Below are positions 21,801-31,614 of a DNA stretch of 64,000 nucleotides, one piece after another. Position 1 is the stretch's first letter; the number at the start of each line of letters is the position of its first letter. The notes below the pieces were generated by a model, which was not told the origin of the DNA, did not search any database, and worked only from the letters and a program-made list of their open reading frames with translations. The stretch covers positions 124,001 through 188,000 of IMG/VR virus record IMGVR_UViG_3300035181_000357; one strand, written 5' to 3'. The position numbers were made by a program, and so were the translations under genes.

Positions 21801-22478
21801 AAAGATATGATGGATACAAAGGTTGACCTGTCGATTAGCGTTGAGGTCGATTCATATTCAAATGTAGGAAATATCGATTCAAAGATCCGTACTGCAATCT
21901 CGATTGCTATGGACAATGCCAAGGATAGATTGACTCAAGCAGAATTAGTAAAACAGATAAAGAATATCAGTGGAGTGACCAATATCACACTACCATTCAC
22001 CAAATTTACTAAATCAGATGGTGCCTATGAGGTTGGTACAGTAATCCCAGCCGGAACATCCTGGCTTAATGCGAAGGCAACGAATCCTAGTCTCCCAGCC
22101 AATGCCTGGATAACAGAATTTCCTGTACTACCAACACTTACTATCCCTTCTGGTGGTCGCCAGGACGCCTTCGTAGGTCTCCTATATGGTGGAGAACTGA
22201 TGACGAGAGTGTTGAGCATCGGTGCTTTGACTGGTAAGATTGGAACTGAAAGTACAGGATGGTTTTATATCATAGGTGTTGGTGACATCGATCCATATAA
22301 TGCTGCAGGATCCGGAAGAATAATCTTCATTCCACCTACCAAGATAGTGGATCCAGCAAATAAAGCGTATAAGGTGACATATCAGGTATTTAATGAGATA
22401 GGGTCGAAGGATATAAGTATGTCATCCACAGAATATCTAAGACCTGGGACATTGGTCCTAGATTATAAGACGAGATAA
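18897..22478 (+). CDS. Baseplate wedge protein, baseplate J/gp6-like
   Basis: RLAATTAIG, CDSAGSIGNVGAGTI, GWDQETNSNLAARI, GSVDVYVKG motifs typical of baseplate J family. Confidence 0.7.
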   Translation: MAQLQDITILSPSVLGTSISTEAEFLTLTLSCDIDADRLNIKFNNVSSILVSGVIVGPNRVFDVPLVLPTIEGSYSLIVQAINTTTGDQSAFKILDIVVAKNLDGIRCLPPSGVSVSRRKNTCKISWVTPDYPGFLGVRVAKADSDIGPFITIGNLVTRVTSVVKDIINSEVSVVDNISSVITTTVDLISNTSKSEIEIQRLTTDTDTFYVVLSTLVQDPDSKHIFESQYNGPIKCGYVDLKKVSPQDFLALQNQEDIATRMISQINTTNPDLDLSPRSEIRDLMIDPLSAELSNASIRVWFDQISRSISALAQIDDMDNDGVSDPVASSDVKQSIANAFSLPIDSVQPYIDSQFDIFADSKGTPRLAATTAIGSVKIYSVYKPTQRVEILVNGLVATVKDEQTPSVNFILRGSAVIDPSNADALYNQAKNRWEVSIPIECDSAGSIGNVGAGTIRRVISGVPSGWQVINDEATDFGWDQETNSNLAARIMDRMIVGVDSGTKMGLKSVSKAIPGILDVKIVGANDQEMLRDWDPIRDKHIYGSVDVYVKGITKSEIVNKTPFGFGNSTSVSGLFSSYVAMTRDSLGDGILPIRYRISNPEHYANKALAIVELYMDKGSSSSFYLDVSNSTVDENGVFSIDPMGTPFKMVGGEPQNMSGTNYGVLSSNTGAIARGFLRFKTGVDHTPATQPVYSVSSISGETGKIGVIDSRKYRVVKSSDPLLSGNSDASSDRIVVDQTLVPDYKVLQFVSDNESKLVDTGIFLTNEDFLIVKDSADPSIKYVKGTHYNIVPSGRYNTYNIVRLTGATTPIPLNTDFVVGYNRLNLRESITKVTETHTVSLNPVYFDNNGFIDNIWLPETYKLTDLITDVNLVSIPRAKRYIKVMYDNGSGAVAMREGTDFAIQTFADGSCSIYRLAGIGSSLPENSIVTITFYRIEMLDIRYLYPAYVTMLKNKIEDMRHAGSDVVVKDMMDTKVDLSISVEVDSYSNVGNIDSKIRTAISIAMDNAKDRLTQAELVKQIKNISGVTNITLPFTKFTKSDGAYEVGTVIPAGTSWLNAKATNPSLPANAWITEFPVLPTLTIPSGGRQDAFVGLLYGGELMTRVLSIGALTGKIGTESTGWFYIIGVGDIDPYNAAGSGRIIFIPPTKIVDPANKAYKVTYQVFNEIGSKDISMSSTEYLRPGTLVLDYKTR

Positions 22479-22479
22479 T

Positions 22480-23307
22480 ATGCAACATCCTGATTATGTC
22501 TATGATAGAACCCGATTAGAACTCCTACCCTACGAGGATACAGAGTTCTTAAATCTTCTATCGTTCGTTCCAAATTATTACCTGTCCCCAAATGAACAGA
22601 CTCTCTATGGTACCTTTCTTCAGTCTCTCGCTCGGGAGCTCGGGAGGCTTGAGTACAGGGTGAATTATTCTTTAGTAGCCAAAGATACTCAATATCTAAC
22701 ACCTTCTGATGTTAAGAGAATATATGAAGATCCAGCATATATTAACAAAGAATATCCAACAGCAGATCAGTATGATAATGACTACAAGAACTTGGTGCTA
22801 AGGGTTGTGTCAGCCCACGCCCTCGGATCCACTACTAAGTCTGTCGAGGGTATTATACAAGCATACACTGGGTATGCCACAGAAGTTAAGGAATTATTTA
22901 AGGTAGTGGGCCAGGGGATATATGACATCTCTGACAAGAACTCCATAAATATTAGTATATCTACTCCTTCTGGCGATTTATCGAAGGCTATCCAGATTAT
23001 CACTAAAGATTTGATAGCAAGCATCATGCTTGCTAAGCCAGCTCATATCGGGATAAATCTATCGACTGTCTTCACAGAAGGTCCTGATACAATTACCAGT
23101 AATATAACTGATGAACTGACTATATACTTTAAGTTACCGGAGGATGATCAATTGGAGAACGAATTCATTGTTGGACCATTCATTGACAAGGCACAAGAAG
23201 AATCTCTACTGGCTGGTGGAGCATTAGGTCAAGGTCTGCTGACACCTCGTCAGAATACAGTCTGGGAAATCAAGTCTGACACATTGATCGGGTTGGATAT
23301 AGACTAA
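22480..23307 (+). CDS. Probable baseplate wedge protein (tail protein I/gp7-like)
   Basis: Follows J-like gene; YKNLVL...GSTTKSVEGII...KPAHIG pattern. Confidence 0.5.
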   Translation: MQHPDYVYDRTRLELLPYEDTEFLNLLSFVPNYYLSPNEQTLYGTFLQSLARELGRLEYRVNYSLVAKDTQYLTPSDVKRIYEDPAYINKEYPTADQYDNDYKNLVLRVVSAHALGSTTKSVEGIIQAYTGYATEVKELFKVVGQGIYDISDKNSINISISTPSGDLSKAIQIITKDLIASIMLAKPAHIGINLSTVFTEGPDTITSNITDELTIYFKLPEDDQLENEFIVGPFIDKAQEESLLAGGALGQGLLTPRQNTVWEIKSDTLIGLDID

Positions 23308-23334
23308 CTTTTCTGTCTATTAATAGAGGATTGT

Positions 23335-24006
23335 ATGAAGATTGGATATGTGGCTAGTAGAAAAGGAGAGATATCCCTGTTCTTAGACATGGGTGGTTCT
23401 CCTTATATCCAGGTGTCTCTCGATCCATCTATTCCTCAGATCCCCGGAGTAAGTATCAGGGTCCAGGTTAAGGATGACTCAGAGTTTCTAGTAATATCAA
23501 AAATGGCAGTAACCACTCTTTTAGAGGAAGTAACTGCATTTCTAGTTGGTCAGAACGTATCTATGGATGTGGTAAAAGAATTTAGTGCTAATGCATTAAA
23601 GGCCCTAGATAAGAATTTTGAGGAAAAAGATGCAAAACCTATACCTGAGAGCGCAGTTCTTCTTAATAAAATATTGGAATCTGAATCCTCTAAATTATTT
23701 GAGATAGAATTTGATCTTCCTGAAGCTTTCTTTGACGATGTTTACAAGAATGTAGTCACAGCGTCAGGGACTGAATATCGTAGAACGGATCGAGCCAAGC
23801 CCTATAAGCGAGAGCATGGTATAAAGATGGAAGATATCCCAGATAGTATAGATCCTAAGAAGGTTATAAAGAAGTATCGAAATAATATTTATAAGCACAC
23901 ACCATCTAAGAACTATATCCTAACTTATGATATAAATGGTCGTCCAACAGGGATGGTTGAAGCACCCAAATCTCCTATGAGATTTAAATCTAAACTACTG
24001 AAATAA
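23335..24006 (+). CDS. Hypothetical protein
   Basis: 223-aa ORF with AGAGG RBS; ends in MRFKSKLLK motif. Confidence 0.6.
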   Translation: MKIGYVASRKGEISLFLDMGGSPYIQVSLDPSIPQIPGVSIRVQVKDDSEFLVISKMAVTTLLEEVTAFLVGQNVSMDVVKEFSANALKALDKNFEEKDAKPIPESAVLLNKILESESSKLFEIEFDLPEAFFDDVYKNVVTASGTEYRRTDRAKPYKREHGIKMEDIPDSIDPKKVIKKYRNNIYKHTPSKNYILTYDINGRPTGMVEAPKSPMRFKSKLLK

Positions 24007-24015
24007 AGGATTGAT

Positions 24016-24576
24016 ATGAAAGAGAACATGACAATAGAACTCCATGGCCACATTAAGATCTTTCATAAGAACGATCCATCTGTCGTACTCTTCGACGACC
24101 ATAATACGATCGTCGTTGGTGTCAAGAGTTTGTTCTCTAGATTAATGGCAGATAGCCTTGAACCCGCCTATGGGATATGGGGATTAGCTATTGGATCAGG
24201 TAACAGTGCATGGGGAGATAATCCTGGTGCTGCTACCGGAACGGAATGGCAGTTAGAGAATGAGACGAAGCGTAAGAGACGCCTCGTTACTAGATTCTTG
24301 GACACGAATATGAATCCTGTAGTAGGATTCACAGATACAGTAGAAGTTCAGACACTATATAACGCTACTGATGATGGGATTACCACTCCTATTAGAGAGA
24401 TGGGATTGATTGGTGGTGGCTCTACCTCTGGGGCAACAAATATGTTAACAGCCCCATATTGGGATCCATCCACAAAGTTAGCTAACTCTGTTACGTTGAT
24501 CAACTATAAGAAGCTACCAACCTTTAATATGCCTTCTGGTATTGATTTGGTCTTCTCCTGGATAATTCAATTCTAA
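24016..24576 (+). CDS. Probable tail/baseplate structural protein
   Basis: HIKIF...HNTIVV...GLAIGSG...REMGLIGG pattern seen in tail-fibre attachment proteins. Confidence 0.45.
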   Translation: MKENMTIELHGHIKIFHKNDPSVVLFDDHNTIVVGVKSLFSRLMADSLEPAYGIWGLAIGSGNSAWGDNPGAATGTEWQLENETKRKRRLVTRFLDTNMNPVVGFTDTVEVQTLYNATDDGITTPIREMGLIGGGSTSGATNMLTAPYWDPSTKLANSVTLINYKKLPTFNMPSGIDLVFSWIIQF

Positions 24577-24682
24577 GAACAGTTACTTCCTAGATCTAAG
24601 TGAATCCTCTTATCGAGTATAATATGAGTATCGAAATAAGACCCTAGAAATATTACACTTTTGTATATTTCTAGGAGAGATT

Positions 24683-25108
24683 ATGAAGAAGCAAGATGAA
24701 GTTTTTCGTCAAGTTCAAACAGAAATTTCTAGTATGTTAAAGAGAGATGGTGTCCTCGATAAAACACCCTACGTTGTACTAGAAATCATAGATAGACTTA
24801 AGACGGTAACAGATTGGGAAGATCGAGATCGAACCAAGACTATAGCCAAGTCTATCAGAGAAATAGTAGAGATATGTATTAAAAATCCCAAGGCGAAGCC
24901 ACCATCCAAACCTGTGGCACTTAAATCTATATACGAGGATGCTGAATCGTTCGGAGATGAATTCGATGTTCATCCAGAATTAGAAGTAGATTGGGATAGA
25001 TCCAAGTCTGTGGAGAAATACTCTAATACAGAACTCGGGTCTGCGAAGAAGAATCTCATCAGATCAGCTCGAAGAGAAGAGAAGAAGAAATTAAGAAAAG
25101 CTGGTTAA
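24683..25108 (+). CDS. Hypothetical protein
   Basis: 141-aa ORF with AGGAG RBS. Confidence 0.6.
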   Translation: MKKQDEVFRQVQTEISSMLKRDGVLDKTPYVVLEIIDRLKTVTDWEDRDRTKTIAKSIREIVEICIKNPKAKPPSKPVALKSIYEDAESFGDEFDVHPELEVDWDRSKSVEKYSNTELGSAKKNLIRSARREEKKKLRKAG

Positions 25109-25956
25109 CCTTTGTGAATGTGCATCTGCCTAAGATGTTCTTTAGCCTCAGCTTCTGTTCTATGGCTGGAGATTATCTTATCAGTCTCATGTGATTTAAC
25201 ACACCATTCAGCTAGTTCACCTTTCGAATTTTTATGGCCAGGGCATTTCGTAACAAAAGATAATTTTATCTTAGCCTGTAGTAACTTAGATGCAAACTTC
25301 TTTCTTAGTTCTTTCATGTGCTTCTTACGAGCTAGTAGCTTTCTGAGTATCTCTTGTTTATTTGATGGTCCAATCTCAAGGACAATCTTCCTTATCGAAG
25401 CATCTGGAAGAGATAGGACTTTATCGATTGAGTCCCTGATCTCGTGTTTACTCATCCCGTTGAATACACTATGTGCTGTCTCATTGATATCAGCGTCTCG
25501 TAACGATTCTATCTCTATTACCTGGTCTCCAAATGCTGGGCCCTTTTTCTGACCCTGTGCTCTATAGTCAAGAGAACCACCTGGGTCGATTCTGTGGACT
25601 ACTCCGAGTTCCTTGTCTAGAAGCATGTTGTCATAATCGAGACCAACAACATCCCAATTAGCTAACCATGCATCTACAGCGAAGGCGTCCTTGCCAGAAG
25701 CGAGTTCAGATACATCGTAACTAGGTGCTAGGTTTGAATTCCATTTTGATGCAATACCAAGTTGCCCACTTATCTGAACTAACTTAGCTTCTGGGACATG
25801 GACACCAGCAAGCTCGTATAGCTTGTAGGCCAATAACTCATTCCTCATCCTATCTTCATTAGATAGAAATTTTATGTACCACTTCATACCTTCTTCATCC
25901 TGGTATAATCCACCAGGATTAGAACCCATCTGGTCCTTTAACTTCTTCCAGGCCAT
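25105..25956 (-). CDS. Atypical kinase, PI3/PI4-kinase or HipA-like fold
   Basis: GSNPGG loop, WYIK lysine, NELLAYKLY helix, DAWLANWD..G...DN catalytic loop, RIDPGG. Confidence 0.65.
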   Translation of the reverse strand: MAWKKLKDQMGSNPGGLYQDEEGMKWYIKFLSNEDRMRNELLAYKLYELAGVHVPEAKLVQISGQLGIASKWNSNLAPSYDVSELASGKDAFAVDAWLANWDVVGLDYDNMLLDKELGVVHRIDPGGSLDYRAQGQKKGPAFGDQVIEIESLRDADINETAHSVFNGMSKHEIRDSIDKVLSLPDASIRKIVLEIGPSNKQEILRKLLARKKHMKELRKKFASKLLQAKIKLSFVTKCPGHKNSKGELAEWCVKSHETDKIISSHRTEAEAKEHLRQMHIHKG

Positions 25957-26089
25957 ATCTACCTCTATAATAGGAGATAGAAATCTATTTTAAAGATATA
26001 TCCTGAGTGTGATAATGTAGAAGTCCTGGTTGAGCTCCGATTAGAATATAGGAGTACTAATCTATACCCTAAGTCCCTGAAAATATGGC

Positions 26090-26665
26090 TTACTCAAGAT
26101 TTAATGCTAGGAGGATTATTAAATAACCAGTAATGTCTTTCAATGTGTCTTCTAAAGGCTCATAATCAGAACTGATATTCTTCGCTGACATACTAAAATA
26201 TCTACTAATCTTCTCCCAGATCCTAAATTTAATACCAGGATAGCCTGAATTTCTAAAGGCCTGTCCATAATCCTCACTCTTCGACACTAAAATCTGCATC
26301 ATATTATCCAATCCAATATCTTTACCGAATTGAAGACTGTATAGCTCCTGCACATCTTTGATATAACTGAATAGGAATCTCTGACCAGGAAGTTCATCGC
26401 TAGCTTCCATGACTTTGAATCGTTCTAGGATAATCAGAGATAGGGTCTCTTCTCGGGTAGAAGGATTGGGTAGAGTAACAAGACTAGATATATTGGCACC
26501 ACCAATGAACCCTCTTGATATGATTAGACCAGTACACCCCATAGGCTTGTAATAATCATCTTTCTGGTTGTCAACGAAACTTCTAGTCATAGATAGAGTA
26601 AGTTTCCAATCATGGGAAATCTTCTGCATCGTGTTGTAAACTTGCTTATAAAATCCCTGATTCAT
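26090..26665 (-). CDS. DUF1599-like (nucleotide-modification-associated) protein
   Basis: KSEDYG.AF...RIWEKISR...LEDTLKDITGY pattern. Confidence 0.55.
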   Translation of the reverse strand: MNQGFYKQVYNTMQKISHDWKLTLSMTRSFVDNQKDDYYKPMGCTGLIISRGFIGGANISSLVTLPNPSTREETLSLIILERFKVMEASDELPGQRFLFSYIKDVQELYSLQFGKDIGLDNMMQILVSKSEDYGQAFRNSGYPGIKFRIWEKISRYFSMSAKNISSDYEPLEDTLKDITGYLIILLALNLE

Positions 26666-26687
26666 ATATCTCTCCTCATCTATGATA

Positions 26688-28625
26688 CTATTTTATAACG
26701 CCAGTCTCGAAAAGAAATCTACTAGGAGTTACGGTCATATAAGATTGTCCTCGTTTGATTGTAAGAGGTACGCATATGACGAGATTGTCTCTAGCTCTTG
26801 TAACAGCAACGTAGAACAGACGTCGTTCTTCTTCAATCTCAGATTCAGATTGACTCCACATATGGGGGATAGACATCTCATAAACGTTAGCTATATATAC
26901 TTGAGCCCATTCTAATCCCTTACTACTGTGAATAGTAGAGATCGTAACCTTACCATCACCATTATGTTGTTCTGGGACCATATCTTTGTCATTCATGGTC
27001 ATCTGAAATACCACATCTTCCATGGTAATACCTGGACTAGACTCTTCTAAACCAGCAAAAATATCTTCCAGTCTCTGAATGTTAGTAAGTTTCCACTCGC
27101 ATTGATTCTTATCCTTCTTATATCGTTCTTTCACAATCTCATGATATTTAGTAAATTTAATGATAGCATGGAAAGCAGCAAGCGGTTTCATTTCGACGCT
27201 TAGAGTGTGCTCTAGAAAATCCAGGTACATACCCATCTTTGCATGATTATACTTACGAGCACCTAGGATCATATTCCCATCAAAATGTTCAACAGCTACT
27301 TTTCTCATCTTTTCTATAGCAGAATCTCCGATCCCACGCTTAGGAACTGAGACTGATCTAGTCATAGCCTGAACATCCTTAGGATTTACCAGGAGTCGCA
27401 TAAAACTTAGAATTTCTCTAGCTTCTAGGGATTGAAGAAGACCTCTCCCACCTTTGATCGTGTATGGTACACGACATCTAACCAATTCTGCTTCAATATC
27501 GTCTATCTGAGATGCTGATCGGACTAGGATCGCAGTATCCTTGTAGGCTACTTTTCCTTTTAGTAACTGATTACGTCCCCATATCTGTTCTGCCATCTTG
27601 GATGCGTTCTCTCGAGCACTTATCTCAGACATAAGTCGGATAGTACCTGTCTCACCCTTCTCACCACGATCACTCTCCATTTTAAGAGGAATGGTATCGA
27701 TCATCTTGCTTTGGATCAGGTTGGCATACTTAACTACCTGAGGTACAGATCTGTGGTTACGCTGTAGTTTATAGAGAGATGGGACTAATCCTCTCCAGTT
27801 CCTGGAAAATTCTAACAAGATCCCAGGACTAGCACCAGAGAAACCATAGATGGATTGGCTAATATCTCCAACCACATATATGTTCTTGTTGTCTTCTCGA
27901 ACCAGGAGGTTGACGAAAGCCCACTGAACTATGTTGGTATCCTGTGACTCATCCATTAAGATGTGATCGAACTGAAGCCCGAGCTTTCTGGCCCAATCCT
28001 TATCTGTCTTTCCTCGTTGAACCACGAGATGCAGCATATCATCAAAATCTACTACAGACTGAACAGTTTTCTCTTTCTCGTATTCTTCCCAGACTCGCAT
28101 CTCTAGGTCACCAACTGCGTGATAACCACCATGGGCTATTTTAGCCCTTTCTCGAACTTCGTCTGTATACTCGGAAGCAAACCCAACACCTCGTGCTCTA
28201 TGGTATTGAATCTTTTCTATTACTTCCCAGTTTTTAATCACTTCTCCTAGTTCCAACCGGAGAACGATCTTGTTGATCATCTCCTTCTGGTTCCACTCGT
28301 CTAATGGGGATACTTTATCTGACAACCCGAACCCAGTTGGATCCTTCCTAATAGCAGATAATGCTAGACCATGGATCGTAGAAACTCTAGGCTGTACAAT
28401 ATGGACATGTTTTGGATCATATCCAAGACGATCCTTTAACTCAGTAGCAGCTTTATTTGTAAAGGTGATAACCAGAATCTTATTAGCAGGTATTCCTTGA
28501 TCTATTAGATGTTTTACACGAGCTGTTAAGACTCTCGTCTTACCAGAACCCGCACCACTATTAATACAAGCTGGGACATCTAAAGGATGCTCTACAGCTT
28601 GCTTTTGTTCGTCATTCAACTTCAC
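26688..28625 (-). CDS. uvrD: UvrD/PcrA/Rep superfamily 1 DNA helicase
   Basis: SGAGSGKTRVL, ITFTNKAA, MDESQDTN, VGDISQSIYGF, QRNHRS, STIHSSKGLEW, EERRLFYVAVTRA. Confidence 0.95.
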   Translation of the reverse strand: MKLNDEQKQAVEHPLDVPACINSGAGSGKTRVLTARVKHLIDQGIPANKILVITFTNKAATELKDRLGYDPKHVHIVQPRVSTIHGLALSAIRKDPTGFGLSDKVSPLDEWNQKEMINKIVLRLELGEVIKNWEVIEKIQYHRARGVGFASEYTDEVRERAKIAHGGYHAVGDLEMRVWEEYEKEKTVQSVVDFDDMLHLVVQRGKTDKDWARKLGLQFDHILMDESQDTNIVQWAFVNLLVREDNKNIYVVGDISQSIYGFSGASPGILLEFSRNWRGLVPSLYKLQRNHRSVPQVVKYANLIQSKMIDTIPLKMESDRGEKGETGTIRLMSEISARENASKMAEQIWGRNQLLKGKVAYKDTAILVRSASQIDDIEAELVRCRVPYTIKGGRGLLQSLEAREILSFMRLLVNPKDVQAMTRSVSVPKRGIGDSAIEKMRKVAVEHFDGNMILGARKYNHAKMGMYLDFLEHTLSVEMKPLAAFHAIIKFTKYHEIVKERYKKDKNQCEWKLTNIQRLEDIFAGLEESSPGITMEDVVFQMTMNDKDMVPEQHNGDGKVTISTIHSSKGLEWAQVYIANVYEMSIPHMWSQSESEIEEERRLFYVAVTRARDNLVICVPLTIKRGQSYMTVTPSRFLFETGVIK

Positions 28626-28675
28626 ATGAACTCCATTATCAGAACTTCTTACCTTTATGTTAGTGAGGTAGTTTA

Positions 28676-29527
28676 ATGATAGCCTTCTCAGTCGGGAAAC
28701 AGCTTGGAAATGGTGATTTGAGTATCAGTGTCAGAGACACAGAGGGAAAACCACAAGTCCCTTCTTATATATCATACTCAATTTTCAACGTTTCTGGGAA
28801 ACAACCTTCTCTTGTCTCTGATCCTAAAGCAACTCCTGCTCCTGGTGTAGGGACTGGCCAGTATTGGGTTAACATGACTATTCCAACCTCGTGGGTCGCG
28901 GGGGATTACAGGCTTGTTTGGTACCTTCAACAGAACCCTGATACCATTGAAGTCTCCATATATGAAGACTTCTCTATTGTACAAACCAATGCTATCTCCT
29001 CCTCATTAGAAGCACCAAGTGTGTTCATGAGTAAACGTCTTGGAATAACAGAAAACTCTGCAAATCTAGTGATGATGGTCAGAGAATTACTATCTGATAC
29101 TAACCCTGACAGAAATTACCACTTTAGACCACCAACAGCTGGTAAAGTAGTAGCAGGGTTCACCCAGAGAGTTGGATATATCTGGACAGATCAAGCTATC
29201 CTAAGATTCTTAAATCTAGCAATAGCTAAGATAAACAGTGGGAACCCAAAGAATTTTTACAGCTTCACCATTGATAACATCCCCGATAACTGGTATCAGG
29301 CTGCTGCATTAGGTGCTGCTGCTAGTGCCTTGATGGCCGAAGCTATTAGATGGAATGCAGAAGAATTCAGCTACTCTCTGAACGGGGTCAGCTTGGATAT
29401 CAATAAAGCATCCAGCTATCAAGGCCTAGCTGAATCTTTCAGAACGGAATTCAACGAATGGATAATCCCACTCACTGCAAATCGCCCAACAAGTATGGGT
29501 CTACGTCAACCTCGATGGCTAATATAA
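28676..29527 (+). CDS. Probable virion neck/head-tail adaptor protein
   Basis: 283 aa, structural-type composition; FSYSLNGVSL motif resembles adaptor proteins. Confidence 0.4.
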   Translation: MIAFSVGKQLGNGDLSISVRDTEGKPQVPSYISYSIFNVSGKQPSLVSDPKATPAPGVGTGQYWVNMTIPTSWVAGDYRLVWYLQQNPDTIEVSIYEDFSIVQTNAISSSLEAPSVFMSKRLGITENSANLVMMVRELLSDTNPDRNYHFRPPTAGKVVAGFTQRVGYIWTDQAILRFLNLAIAKINSGNPKNFYSFTIDNIPDNWYQAAALGAAASALMAEAIRWNAEEFSYSLNGVSLDINKASSYQGLAESFRTEFNEWIIPLTANRPTSMGLRQPRWLI

Positions 29528-29538
29528 AGAGGAGTACA

Positions 29539-29628
29539 ATGTCATACATAAAATTAGTAGCCGTCATATTATCTCTTCTAGTTTTAATTGGGATGTCAAT
29601 ACTACATGGTGTCTTTAAGAGAAAGTAA
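29539..29628 (+). CDS. 29-aa membrane peptide MSYIKLVAVILSLLVLIGMSILHGVFKRK
   Basis: AGAGGAG RBS; one hydrophobic helix with basic tail; below ORF-track cutoff. Confidence 0.5.
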   Translation: MSYIKLVAVILSLLVLIGMSILHGVFKRK

Positions 29629-29821
29629 ACGCTGGCAAGACCAGACTGGCTGAAATAATCTAAAGGTTAATATGTGTAGAACGAATGAAAATTGTACTCC
29701 TGATACTACTCGTAGTAATACTATACTCGAAGCTAATGGATTATATCTGGCCACCTGGTTCCAGAATGCTCGTCAGGTCTAGAAAGAAACGATTTAAGAA
29801 GTCTACTTTAAGGTATAAACG

Positions 29822-31045
29822 ATGGCGGCTCAAGGCCTAATGGTTCTAAATTCAGCATTCTTCGGATCTAGAGATCTATTTTGGATCGATGATCCAGATC
29901 CAGATGTTAGTGGATATAATGTTTATAGAGCACAAGATTCTGTTGGGCCATGGACTAGAATCAATATAGAGATCGTCCCTGGTCATACATATAGGGATGA
30001 AACAACACTCCTTAAAATCTCATATAAAGTTAAGGCAGAGGATTGGGTAGAATTCGGTGAATATGGAAGATATGGATTTCGTGTACCAGAAAAGTCAATC
30101 TATTCAGACATAGCTAAGGGTCGTGCATTCTTAGCCACATCTCCTGATGATGTAGAACTGACAATAGCTGGTGAGAAGATCAGACCATCACAGGTAGAAG
30201 GTTTGGATGGAACTGTATGGATGCCTCAGACTTCCGTTCTTAAAAGAGATGGTGGAAGAACAGAAACTAAATTAGGCCCAGCTCTTACAAAAGATCTAGA
30301 TATCCAGGTTGTATATAGGACTCTACAAAATTATGTAGATATCTATCAAGATATGACTAGAACGTACTACTGTGTCGTTCCAATAAATTCATTAGGACAA
30401 GAGACTGAATTCCCTGGTGATCATGAAATAGTCAATACCATGGAAATCGATAAGATGGACTATATGCAAGCAGAGATGGTCAGGAGAAATGCCTGGCTAT
30501 TTGAGCAGGTAGCAGAACCTGCTTATCTGATGCTTCGTAGAACGAAGGGTCTTCCTTGTGGTTGTACAGATGTAGATACTAAGCAACCTAGAACTGGCTG
30601 TAAAGTATGTTATGAAACAGGTATTCAAGGTGGTTACTATGGACCTATTGATATTCTGTTTGTTGACCCAGACACTGAAATCAGTAGAATGATTGATGAG
30701 AATGGTGTTAAAGTAGAGAGGAAATCAAGGTCATACCTAGGACCTTCACCGATTGTCCAGAATGGTGACCTGATCATCAGAAGAAATGGTGAGAGAATGA
30801 CGATAGGTAATGTCACATATAAGTCACCAAGAGGTGTTTTACTTCAACAAGAATTCGATGCCATATTACTTCCTTCCAGAGATACTAGGTACTTTATTCC
30901 AGTTTATAAGGATTATGAACAAGTAATATACGATCCGTCTACGGATGCAAAGGGTAATGAGCCTGTCACTTTACCAGACACTGGGTGGGAGAATCCAACT
31001 ATCCCAGCAGGTAGAACTGTCACCTTTAAGAGGATTCAAGCATGA
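29822..31045 (+). CDS. Probable neck/head-closure protein with Cys motif
   Basis: PCGC...GCKVCYETG and FN3-like N-terminal VSGYNVYRA; LQQEFD C-terminus. Confidence 0.45.
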   Translation: MAAQGLMVLNSAFFGSRDLFWIDDPDPDVSGYNVYRAQDSVGPWTRINIEIVPGHTYRDETTLLKISYKVKAEDWVEFGEYGRYGFRVPEKSIYSDIAKGRAFLATSPDDVELTIAGEKIRPSQVEGLDGTVWMPQTSVLKRDGGRTETKLGPALTKDLDIQVVYRTLQNYVDIYQDMTRTYYCVVPINSLGQETEFPGDHEIVNTMEIDKMDYMQAEMVRRNAWLFEQVAEPAYLMLRRTKGLPCGCTDVDTKQPRTGCKVCYETGIQGGYYGPIDILFVDPDTEISRMIDENGVKVERKSRSYLGPSPIVQNGDLIIRRNGERMTIGNVTYKSPRGVLLQQEFDAILLPSRDTRYFIPVYKDYEQVIYDPSTDAKGNEPVTLPDTGWENPTIPAGRTVTFKRIQA

Positions 31046-31569
31046 TAGATTTCGGAAATATATGTGAGGGAGATGTTCTCCTATTCAAGAAGAATATTAA
31101 ATATAAGATATCCTTAGTATCCAAGGTTATACGCTTGATACAGGGAAATGAATATGTACATGCCGCTATAGTAGTTTCAGTAGTTCCAGGGCTTACACCG
31201 TTAGTAGCTGAGGTTGATTCTGATTTTAAGTCTAGGGTAGTACCTGTCTCCGTTTCTATGGAACGAGGAACTCCTGATGTTTATAGACTATCTACAACAT
31301 ATACTTTCAGATCGAAGTCTGCATACACTTACGCTCTAGACACTGTAGGTCAAAAGTATGGATATTCTAGAATCGTGGATTCTGCTATAAACCACTTCTT
31401 AGGGAGATTCGATCATGCTTATAATTACAGAGCGTGGTTCTCACCCGATACTAAAGATATCTGTTCTACACTAGTATCTAAGATACTAAATATAGGATTT
31501 GGTGCTAAATATGATAGATTTAGTGAGCCTGATGACTACTGTAAGTCACCATTTATAAGAATATCCTAG
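31042..31569 (+). CDS. Permuted papain-like NlpC/P60 amidase (YaeF/YiiX-like)
   Basis: GDVLLF, YVHAAIV (His) precedes ICSTLV (Cys). Confidence 0.75.
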   Translation: MIDFGNICEGDVLLFKKNIKYKISLVSKVIRLIQGNEYVHAAIVVSVVPGLTPLVAEVDSDFKSRVVPVSVSMERGTPDVYRLSTTYTFRSKSAYTYALDTVGQKYGYSRIVDSAINHFLGRFDHAYNYRAWFSPDTKDICSTLVSKILNIGFGAKYDRFSEPDDYCKSPFIRIS

Positions 31570-31614
31570 CATAGAACGAGGTCTAGAGTATTACCTTAAA
31601 GGGGAAGATATACT

